Origin: Octopus bimaculoides
Lineage: Eukaryota
Direction of reading: 5' to 3'
Assembly (NCBI RefSeq): GCF_001194135.2
Contig: NC_069003.1
Location: forward strand, 31,890,968-31,954,967
DNA: 64,000 nt
A program made the position numbers and the translations under genes. Shown here one piece after another: positions 24,632-35,509 of the stretch; the first letter of the stretch is position 1; the number at the start of each line of letters is the position of its first letter. Below the pieces are notes generated by a model that saw nothing but the letters and a program-made list of their open reading frames with translations, did not search any database and was not told the DNA's origin.

Positions 24632-26626
24632 ATGTGGTGGTGGTGGTGTGTGTGTGTGTGCATGAAAAGACAAAATGAAACTAATTAGTAATCCATCAAT
24701 TAACGATGGATTGAGGCTTGCCTTACATTACATATTGCAATATATTACTTAGAGAATCTCAAAATTTATAATGGTTACACAGAATTAGTTAAATGGTAAC
24801 ATTGAAATATATGCATGAGAGGACACATTGATAGATACCCACCTCCCCACAAGCACACACTATGTATGCATATATACACACACATACATATAGTGACAGA
24901 TAAATATGTATTTACATACGCAAAAACATATACATAAGCATATGTATGTANNNNNNNNNNNNNNNNNNNNNNNNNNNNNNNNNNNNNNNNNNNNNNNNNN
25001 NNNNNNNNNNNNNNNNNNNNNNNNNNNNNNNNNNNNNNNNNNNNNNNNNNNNNNNNNNNNNNNNNNNNNNNNNNNNNNNNNNNNNNNNNNNNNNNNNNNN
25101 NNNNNNNNNNNNNNNNNNNNNNNNNNNNNNNNNNNNNNNNNNNNNNNNNNNNNNNNNNNTATATATATATATATATATATTTACATGAATATGTATATAT
25201 GTATGTATATTATTATTACAAATTTGGGATCTTACCAATAGGACCACAACTTCAATTTCAGGACAACCTTATTTACTGGAGCACACATAGAAAATTACTG
25301 GAGTACACATAGAATATGGACATCACAGTGAAGATTACAATGTTTTGAGTGAAGAATATAATGTTTTGAAAAAAGGCCAGGAATTCAAAGCCTGAAATCC
25401 TTTATTCCTCACAGCAGCTGATGCAAACCTTCACCAATGTACTTGGTTTCAAATTAATCATATATCTGGTCAACCTTAACTTAAATCCTAATATTCATGA
25501 ATTGGTTAATCTGGGACTAATATTCAGTTGAAGGACCAGCCATTTTGGGAATCACTCCCAACAGCTCATGGTCACTTTCTGAAGAAAAATAAGGATGAAT
25601 AGCTTTTCTTGGTGTCACCAGAATCCCCTGATGGCTCACTAAAGAAAATAGAGATCTCTAACAGCCTCCTCTTGTGATTCACTAAACAAAATGGAGATCG
25701 CTCACAGCCTCAAGTGGCTCTCTGTTCTGTTTCAAGCTGAAATTATCATTTATCCTTTCACTGTCAATGATACAATTTGTCTCTTCAATAATATGTCATT
25801 ATCTCAACTGAGACAATGATGTTCTTTAACAATACCCAACACAAAATAGCATTTCTCTCATCCCCCAACACAATGATACGCTTTCTCTCATTTCCAACAC
25901 AATATATCATTCAAAAGACACTCTTTCTGACACAATATCTTATTCATTTCATCTCTGATACAGTGATATCCTTTCTCTTATTTCCTATACAATACGTTAT
26001 TTAATATCCCCTTCAACCTTCCCCACATACAATGATACCATTTATCCCATTCTTGGTACAATTTGTCATTTTTTTAATTTTTATCCCATCTCTGACACAA
26101 CAACAAGAATTAAACACATCAGGTAACACAACCAATTGACATTTCCTCTAAAAACTACCAGCAAAATCCTCCCCTCAGCTCCTCCTATGCATCCACTACC
26201 TCCGCCTCTGGCTCCTCTTAAAGGATTATTCACAATCGACCAGAAAACATAAAATGTCACTCCTCACGTACTCCACATGCTACACTTCCTTTCTTGGCTG
26301 CTCCTAAGTGGTCTTCACACAGTTCCCTGCCTCTTCCACACGAGCTCTCTCAACAATTGCTATAAAAGCACTTCCGAAATAAAGAATTATCAATATTGGC
26401 AATTAATTTCAACTCACTGCCTTTGAGAATATAAAATATTTGCTAATTTGGTGCAGATGCTAAAAATAATATTTCCCAATAGTAATTGTGATTATACAGA
26501 ATGGTAATGATGATAGGAAATTACTAAAGACAGATGCCCTAATTTAACTCCAGGAAAGTCCTGATTGAGCAGACTTGTAGCCAAAGGCATTCCAACCATA
26601 ACTATCCTGTTTACTTATGTATTAAG

Positions 26627-26953
26627 GCAATAGCCCCAGCTTTGTTTTGGACCGTGGACTGGTTTCTTGCCAGACAATTTTTCTATAGAACAGGCAATCA
26701 AGTGCATAACAAAAACACAATAAAGTGCATAATATATAATTTACATATCTCATATATAATGCATATATAAGGCAAAAACAACCTACAGACTGTGGTAGTC
26801 AATAATATAGAAATTAGATTGAAAACTTTATTCTTTCTGTGACCTGGTACCAAATGATCCAAAGTAGCCTGGTACCAAATGATCCAGAGTGGCCTTGTAC
26901 CAAATGATCCACAGTGGCCTGGTACTTGTCTGCAACCCAGTGGTTGAAGAGCT
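26627..26953. mobile_element. hAT-type MITE with an internal 25-bp tandem repeat
   Basis: Degenerate CAGCGGTCCCCAACC-like left end and gtggttgaagagctctg right end. 26845-26926 is about three copies of tggtaccaaatgatccasagtggcc. Confidence 0.5.
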
Positions 26954-28120
26954 CTGCATTAAGAGATTATTAGATTATTACATTATTGAATGAGTTCCCT
27001 CCCCTTCAACACAGGAAGGGTATGACTTTGCAACTCCAGCAAGTCAGGTTAACACATAAAGTCTCCCCTGTGGTTATCTTTCCTCAGGAAGTTAGTACCA
27101 ATCCAGCAGAGCTACGATCAAAGACATTCCAGTTCTGGCCATTCTGTACCTTTGTATATCATGTGTTCATCCATTGGTGATTACAGCAGATAAAAATTTC
27201 AGGTACGCAGTGTCTCCTCGTCTTGACATCGCATGATAGTTATCAATAAGTGTCACTGTCATATAAGCAGTATCAGTCATTTCCATTATTCTGCAAGAAC
27301 ATGTCCGACCATGGAGAAATGTTACCTTGTTTGGAAACAGGCAAGGGTTGGCAACAGGAAGGGCATCCTGTTGTAGAGAAACCTTCCTCAATAAACTCCA
27401 TCTGACCCATGCAAGCACAATAATTCGTAACACTGGCACAAGACCAGAAATTTAAGAGCAGAGGTTAGTTGATAAAAATCAACCACAGTACTTGCCCGGT
27501 GCTTTATTTCATCGACCCCAAAAGGATGAAAGTTGAGGATAATCATAGCAGGATTTGATCTAAGACTGTAAAGAGACTGAACTGATAACACAAGACACTT
27601 TATGTAATGAACTACTAATTCTAGCAATCCACTTGCCCGTAGCAAATTTATAATAATGATACTATTCACTCTGCATGTCGCAAAAAAGAAAAAAAATGTA
27701 TAAATAGAAGAAAGTCTTCGATGCATAATAGAATGATTAGAAATACGAAGAGGCAAGAATTACACTAGAGGAAGAAAAAAATATCAAATTAGAAAAAGAA
27801 AAAAAAAAGAAAGAATAATCCAATTGCAGTCTTTAATGAATAATGATAATATTGATATATATAACTGTGTCTTTACTGCAGTACGAGTACACAGTAAATG
27901 TAAGAAAAGAAGAAAAAGAAGGAAGGAAGGAAGGAAAAAAAGAGAAATTTGAAGCTGTAGAATCAATGTATCTGAAACTACTGCTCCATTATCGTCATTG
28001 TTTTACATCTGCCTTTACATGTCAGCATGGATTGGATGGGTCTCACAATCCTACATCATCTGATATACAAAGAGAAAAATACCAGTGTCTGTTGGTGCAC
28101 ATGTGTAAAAATATATACAT

Positions 28121-28173
<53 letters not shown>

Positions 28174-28258
28174 TATACACACAAATACATACATACTTAT
28201 ACATTCATATAAATACATACATATACACACACATTTATAGACATTCTGCATATATACA

Positions 28259-28319
<61 letters not shown>

Positions 28320-28864
28320 TTGTGTCTGTGTGTATGTGTCTGTGTCTGTGTGTGTCTGTGTGTGTGTGTGTGTGTGTGTATTAAAAGCCTTACTTTCATT
28401 TTGGAAGGCCTCTGGGGGGAAAAAAGCACAGGTACAAGGCCTGAAATTTGGGGGGAGGGGGGGGGCAGTCGATTAGATCGACCCCAGTACACAACTGGTA
28501 CTTAATTTATCGACCCCCCAAAAGCATGAAAGGCAAAGTCAACCTCGGCAGAATTTGAACTCTGAACATAAAGACAGACGAAATATCGTTAAGCATTTTG
28601 CCCAGGGATGCTAACGATTCTGCCAGCTTACTGCCTTATAGCTATGAAATATTGTATGACTAATTCAAAACAATGTGAACAAAGAAGCAATACATTTGAC
28701 AGAGTAATCTGAATGCTAAAGGGTTAAAGATAAGATCAACACCAACAAACAGTATATACAAATATTTTATACGTCAATGCAAATGTCTATGTAGTTATTT
28801 GACCTCCTAAAAATAGCACCTAAATTGCTCTCAAATAAAATCCCAACATCTTAATAAAAGGAAG

Positions 28865-29087
28865 AACAGATTGGATAACACAGTCCTACATCCATTACAT
28901 TTAATATGGGAGTTCTAGTTAATGTAACACTATTAGGAAATTGATATTTCTAATCTGTACAGCTTCCTTGTATGCAACAGACTGGATAACATGGTCCTAC
29001 ATCCATTATGTTTAATACAGAGATTCCAGTTAATGTAACACTATTAGGAATTCGGTATTTCCAATCTATACAACTTCCTTGTATACA
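28865..29087. repeat. Tandem duplication of a 111-bp unit
   Basis: aacaga(t/c)tggataaca...gttaatgtaacactattaggaa...cttccttgtat occurs at 28865 and 28976. Confidence 0.8.
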
Positions 29088-29501
29088 GCTAATAATTTTC
29101 ATGTCGTTCATAAAATGCATTGCTTGCATCGTTCAAACAATGCCTTGATTCTACTCTTTGCACAGAAACCCTACCAAGTATCTCAAAAAGAATGAGAAAA
29201 ACTGACAATGTGTACATGAAGATCAGTTCCACTATACAAATGCTTTTCTAGTCTTCCTTTTTTTTTTTTTTTAAAAGTTTTATCTTTTATTTGTTTTAGT
29301 CATTGGACTGCAGCCATATTGGTGCTCTGCCTTGAAAGGTTTAGTCAGAGAAACTAACAAGTACTTATTCTATCAGACTCTTTTGTCAGAATGCTAAGTT
29401 TCAGGGACATAAGCAAATCGTCACCAGTTGTGAAGTAGTAGTAGCAGACAAACACAAAAGCACACACACACACACACACACACACTTTATCATCATCACG
29501 A

Positions 29502-29540
29502 CTGTCTGATGAACAGAAACATGGAACTCTGAGTAAACAT
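29502..29540 (+). ncRNA. Degenerate hammerhead motif, same family as 33630-33667
   Basis: CTGT-CTGATGA-ACAGAAACAT-GGAA-CTCTGAG-TA-AACA. Canonical CUGAUGA, but GAAA is mutated to GGAA. Downstream 29541-29640 matches the flanks of the 33630 copy. Confidence 0.45.
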
Positions 29541-29638
29541 TTTGTGAAAATTTTGAAGCTTTAATAAAAGTATATTATTCCACCTTTGGTATTCAAGTAC
29601 TATTTTTCTCCACCTTGTTTTGCACTTATGTGCTTACT

Positions 29639-29682
<44 letters not shown>

Positions 29683-29836
29683 TTGCAAGATTTTTGATGT
29701 GAAATCGTGTGTTGAAACAGATGTTGTTGTACTTGGGGATGGTCATATTGCCAGTTTAGCCAATAAAAACACACACACTGTATATTTGGTGTTAATTTGA
29801 TTCAGCTTTATATTACATTAATCTTAATCTTATTTC

Positions 29837-29881
29837 GGCCAGAGTTCTTTCGTCACACTTCTGTGACCTCATCAGTGGTCC
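29837..29881 (-). ncRNA. Inverted copy of the 31009-31053 hammerhead motif
   Basis: Exact reverse complement of the 31009-31053 motif, inside a 198-bp inverted repeat. Sense with respect to the host gene. Confidence 0.6.
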
Positions 29882-31008
29882 TTTGTTTCCTTCCTTCTTA
29901 TGTGTGTCTCACCTTGCTAGANNNNNNNNNNNNNNNNNNNNNNNNNNNNNNNNNNNNNNNNNNNNNNNNNNNNNNNNNNNNNNNNNNNNNNNNNNNNNNN
30001 NNNNNNNNNNNNNNNNNNNNNNNNNNNNNNNNNNNNNNNNNNNNNNNNNNNNNNNNNNNNNNNNNNNNNNNNNNNNNNNNNNNNNNNNNNNNNNNNNNNN
30101 NNNNNNNNNNNNNNNNNNNNNNNNNNNNNNNNNNNNNNNNNNNNNNNNNNNNNNNNNNNNNNNNNNNNNNNNNNNNNNNNNNNNNNNNNNNNNNNNNNNN
30201 NNNNNNNNNNNNNNNNNNNNNNNNNNNNNNNNNNNNNNNNNNNNNNNNNNNNNNNNNNNNNNNNNNNNNNNNNNNNNNNNNNNNNNNNNNNNNNNNNNNN
30301 NNNNNNNNNNNNNNNNNNNNNNNNNNNNNNNNNNNNNNNNNNNNNNNNNNNNNNNNNNNNNNNNNNNNNNNNNNNNNNNNNNNNNNNNNNNNNNNNNNNN
30401 NNNNNNNNNNNNNNNNNNNNNNNNNNNNNNNNNNNNNNNNNNNNNNNNNNNNNNNNNNNNNNNNNNNNNNNNNNNNNNNNNNNNNNNNNNNNNNNNNNNN
30501 NNNNNNNNNNNNNNNNNNNNNNNNNNNNNNNNNNNNNNNNNNNNNNNNNNNNNNNNNNNNNNNNNNNNNNNNNNNNNNNNNNNNNNNNNNNNNNNNNNNN
30601 NNNNNNNNNNNNNNNNNNNNNNNNNNNNNNNNNNNNNNNNNNNNNNNNNNNNNNNNNNNNNNNNNNNNNNNNNNNNNNNNNNNNNNNNNNNNNNNNNNNN
30701 NNNNNNNNNNNNNNNNNNNNNNNNNNNNNNNNNNNNNNNNNNNNNNNNNNNNNNNNNNNNNNNNNNNNNNNNNNNNNNNNNNNNNNNNNNNNNNNNNNNN
30801 NNNNNNNNNNNNNNNNNNNNNNNNNNNNNNNNNNNNNNNNNNNNNNNNNNNNNNNNNNNNNNNNNNNNNNNNNNNNNNNNNNNNNNNNNNNNNNNNNNNN
30901 NNNNNNCATTGAAAGACACGCATGCGTAGACACATACAATAGGAATACAAAATACAAAATGGCTGATATCTAGCAAGGTGAGACACACATAAGAAGGAAG
31001 GAAACAAA

Positions 31009-31053
31009 GGACCACTGATGAGGTCACAGAAGTGTGACGAAAGAACTCTGGCC
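31009..31053 (+). ncRNA. Minimal type-I hammerhead ribozyme motif (Penelope-like pLTR)
   Basis: GGACCA-CTGATGA-G-GTCACA(GAAG)TGTGAC-GAAA-GAAC-TC-TGGCC. Canonical core, 6-bp stem II, 2-bp stem III, stem I with one mismatch. Predicted cleavage after C31048. Confidence 0.65.
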
Positions 31054-31165
31054 GAAATAAGATTAAGATTAATGTAATATAAAGCTGAAGCAAATTAACA
31101 CCAAATATACAGTGCGTGTGTTTTTATTGGCTAAACTGGCAATATGACCATCCCCAAGTACAACA

Positions 31166-31208
<43 letters not shown>

Positions 31209-31310
31209 TATAGTAAATCCAAAAAAGAAGAACAAACACAAAAAAACAACAACGCGAGGATGTGGTACATGTAAAGTATTAGCCGACACTTAGAGAAGGA
31301 AAGAAAGATG

Positions 31311-31346
31311 GTTTAATGTTTCGAGCAGATGCTCTTCTTCAGAAAC
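31311..31346 (-). ncRNA. Degenerate hammerhead motif in a PLE-like terminal repeat
   Basis: Minus strand GTTT-CTGAAGA-A-GAGC(ATCT)GCTC-GAAA-CATT-AAAC. Core, 4-bp stem II and stem I GTTT/AAAC are intact. Stem III is broken (AACATT instead of the AACGTT palindrome). Confidence 0.45.
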
Positions 31347-31450
31347 AGAGAAAAGTTCAATAGAAGGGAAGACAGAGGAAGAAAATAACCAACAACTCAC
31401 TATATTTTATTAATACTGTTACTCTAACTGCCACTACAAAGTTCCTGCAT

Positions 31451-31502
31451 TAAATCTACAGGTAACAATAAATCTACAGGTAACAATTAATCTACAGGTA
31501 AT
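31451..31502. repeat. About three copies of an 18-bp unit
   Basis: taaatctacaggtaacaa repeated. Confidence 0.85.
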
Positions 31503-31559
31503 CAAAACTGTACTGGTACTTTACTCATCATCTATTTAAACATTTTGGATAATTTCTCC

Positions 31560-31597
<38 letters not shown>

Positions 31598-33504
31598 TAC
31601 ATAACATGCTTCTTTCAGTTTCTGTCTCCCACCAAATCCACTCACATAGCTTCGGTTGGCCCACAGACCATGGTAGAAGACACTTGCTCAAGCTGCCATA
31701 CAGTGGGACTGAACCTGGGACTATATAGTTGGGAAGCAAACTTCATACCACACAGCCACACCTCTGCCTAGTCTAAATGTATTATATATTTTTTTTTATA
31801 TTTCCTTATTTATATATCATAAATTTCCCCTTATATATATTTAAAAAATCTAAGTTTACACATAATGCCACTGGCTATATAAATCCATTTTCAATCAATA
31901 ACATAATGTTTTTGTTTTGTGTTTTGCTTTTGTTTTGTGTTTTGTCTTTGTTTTTTTTACTAAATCTTCCAATGTATTTTGAAGCTGTTGTTATATACAG
32001 ATATTGTCACAAAATTAAACTCTAAATAGTCGTTACATGAAACGAAACATGGTAAAGTGAACCAAATTAATACTGCATGATATAAACTGCTTTGATCAAT
32101 AAATCTTTGGAATTAAACAATCATCAGTTACTCATGGTAATCTGACTGATTAATATCTGCTATGATTTAAGTACAATTATAATTCATAATCTAACAATAT
32201 CTAAATATTATTTAAGTACAATCAAAATGCTATTGATCTGATTTTTCGTGCGAAGTTAGAATAAACTTTAAGACCTCTGCATATTAATGAAGCCAAGCTT
32301 GTCACAAGTAAAACAGCAGGTATCATCAATCATGGTTCAGATATAAAAAAAAAAACAACAGAAAAAAAAATACAAAAAAGAATTAAGCATTATTATCTAA
32401 AATAGACAGAGACAAATATAAATCATCGTCATTGTCATCATCATCATCATTATTACCATCATCATCACCATCATCATCACCATCATCATCACCCATTCAT
32501 CACCACCATCAGCATCACCACCATCACCACAATCACCACCATCATCATCATCACTACTAACATCATCTCCATCATCATCCTTCAAGAATCCATAAAAATT
32601 CCCGGATCACTACCAAAATTTCATCATATGTTCCTTGTGTCATTACCAACTTTTCATCAAATACTGTTCACAACTTTTTGAGTTATTTTGCACACAGACG
32701 GACAGACGGACAAACCAACACCGATGAAAACATAATCTCCTTCCTTGGTGGAGGAAATAAATGAGTAATTACATTTGATAGAGTAACGTAAAAGCTAATG
32801 GCATTTAGCATTTAAACAGGTCAAATCCAGCCCAGATATTTTGCCTCTTTTATGTTCAAACTAACCAGATCCAGCCTTTCACACCTACCCTATAATGTCA
32901 TCCTAAAAATAAACAATCATATTATTGAAATATATGAAACCGTGAGATAATGCAAGATTAATTCAGATAAATAAGCATTACATTTGACAGACACCCATAA
33001 AAAGACATTGAAATACCTTAGAAAGTAATCCTTCAGGTATAATAATAAATCTTTTTAATTGGGGCTGAATTGGGGTTAACCAATGACAAAAAAGTCTTAA
33101 TTTTATGATATAATTGACAAAATTTATAACTAATTTGTCTAATTATATAATTAATTTGTCATGTTGCTGCTTTATTGCCAATCTAGAAATTAGAAAATTA
33201 TAGCAGGAAAGAAGACGGCTCTGTAGAATTTTTACGTTTATTGTGTTAAATGGCACTTATAATGCAGAAAATGAGGTGTGCAGCACCTTGACAGGTAATA
33301 TAACATCCATTAGTCTTATACCATTATCTCTAATTCTTCTTGCTAATTATATATAATGGTGGCTGTGTGGTAAGAAGTTTGCTTCCCAATTGCATGGTTC
33401 TGGGTTCAGTCCCAATGTACCCTGGGCAAGTGTCTTCTACTATAGCCTTGAGCTGACCAAAATTTGTGAATAGATTTGGTAGACAGAAACTGAAAGAAGC
33501 CAAT

Positions 33505-33536
<32 letters not shown>

Positions 33537-33537
33537 C

Positions 33538-33703
33538 CTGAGTAAGCACATAAATGCGAAACATGGTGGGAAAAATAGTACATGAAATTCCAGAGGTAGA
33601 GTAATATAGTTTATTGAAAAGCAGCAAAACTGTCCGACGAACAGGAATGTGAAACTCTGAGTAACGGTTTTTGTGATATTTTGACTGCTTTTTAATAAAG
33701 TAT
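33538..33703. mobile_element. Penelope-like pLTR remnant with an inverted segment
   Basis: 33540-33625 is the reverse complement of 29546-29640, while 33630-33700 is the forward match to 29502-29575. The result is a hairpin around the hammerhead. Confidence 0.5.
33630..33667 (+). ncRNA. Minimal type-I hammerhead-like motif with core U4C variant (PLE pLTR)
   Basis: CTGT-CCGACGA-AC(AGGAAT)GT-GAAA-CTCTGAG-TA-ACGG. Stem I CTGT/ACGG, stem III ACTC/GAGT, GUA triplet. Sits in the loop of a flanking ~25-bp inverted repeat. Confidence 0.55.
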
Positions 33704-33746
33704 ATATATATATATATATATATATGACGCTGATGATGATATACAC

Positions 33747-33784
<38 letters not shown>

Positions 33785-35463
33785 ATATGACAGGTTTCTT
33801 TCAGTTTCCATCTACCAAATCCACTCACAAGGCTTTGGCTGGAAGATATTTGCCCTAAATGCAACGCAGTGGGGCTGAAACCAGAACTATGTGGTTGGGA
33901 GCAAGCTTCTTATCACACAGCCACTCCTGCAGCTATAATAGATATATGACAGGCTTCTTTCAGTTTCCCTCTGAAATCCACTCACCAGGCTTCAGTTGGC
34001 CCGAGGCTATCAGCCTGATGCTATAGTAGAAGAAACTTGCCAAAGGTACCATGAAGTGGGACTGAACCTGGAACCATGTGGTTGGCAAGCAAACTTCTTA
34101 CCACACAGCCACATTAAACAGTACATTATAAGTACACACTGAAATTTAAATTTTCAACAAGTACTCATTAACTTTTGTCTGCGTAATCAGTCATTCAGAT
34201 TTAATTTGTCAAAGTTAATGTTTGCAAACTGTGACATCAATCAATATAAATGAGATTCTCGTGAAAACATTACAATTTGATCCATTGAAGATTTTTACGA
34301 GAGATAATTTCTTTTCTGTTTTTTTTTTTTCCAGACTAACTTGTGACATGAACAAGCCAAACAGAGAGAGAGAGAGAGAGAGGCCTCTAAGTGATCATTT
34401 GAGATGATATAAATAAACAAATCTCCCTCAAATCAAACACTATCATCATGATCATGATCGTTGTCATCGTCATCATTGTCCTCATCGTCATCGTTGTCAT
34501 ACTCCTAGCATCAATCATGGGGCCGATACCTAACTCTATTTTCTATTGTGTTAAGCAGATGACAGGTGAATCTCCTCCAGGATAAGTCTCCAATAAATCA
34601 CATGTAACACTCTTAGAAAGGGAAAAGTTTCTACTGAATTGCTTGACCTGCAAGAAATAACAGCTAAATTCACTGAAATCATGCCCTGCTATCCTATATA
34701 ATAAAGGGAAGAAAACACAAGACAATATAGTCCTGGATATACAAGGAAACATTACCAACTCGGCTGAAACCAGTTCTGGCTCTGAGTACAAATGTTTTGT
34801 TTTCATAAGTTTTGAATTAGAATCTTCCACCAAACCTTAGTCACAGTTTATGTTCCTAACACTAGCTGAATGATAACTAAGTTATTTTACTAAGTTCTTT
34901 GTTATACTTAAGATTAATTGAAAGAAACACAGAGCATCTCAAAATAAATACAGTAATGAAAGGGTTAAAGAAAGTGATGACCAATACCAACCACTAACTC
35001 TGGTCAGCTAGAGACAAAAAACTTAGCGCCAGGCCAAACAGAGTGTCAGTTCGTTGACCACACTTAATGCTTACTGTAGCAGAAAAATAAAACATAAATA
35101 AGTGTAAACAGCAGTAACTGTTCCACCAATATATTACGCATCAAGCATTTTATTTTAAGCATGTAACTGTCAAAGAAGGATACTTTTATTAGCGCTTTAG
35201 AAGAAAAATTCACTCAGCTATAAGATCATAGCAGTAGTAGTAATAGTAGTGGTCCAGGAAAAGGTATAGAGCAATATCAGAGGATATTATGGCTCACTGA
35301 AGACAGAAATAGTTCCATTCAACTAACTGTAACATAACTCGACTGATCAATAATATTGGCTGTTGTTGATTAGATGGTTGTTGCTAGAAATAAGTCAGCC
35401 ACATATTTTTAAAGTCCATACAAAAATAAATACCACAAACACATTATTCATGATTTCAACTAG

Positions 35464-35509
<46 letters not shown>

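Larger units (their letters stand above)
29724..31166. repeat. 198-bp inverted repeat (29724-29921 / 30969-31166) flanking a 985-N gap
   Basis: The arms are reverse complements with two mismatches that I could see. Confidence 0.85.

Noticed and set aside
13882-31093. The longest ORFs in the track (up to 394 aa)
   Set aside because: They are mostly X residues spanning N gaps.
34543-34650. Strong minus-strand acceptor ttatttcttgcag|GTCAAG
   Set aside because: All frames stop before any donor, and there is no TBC1D2 similarity.
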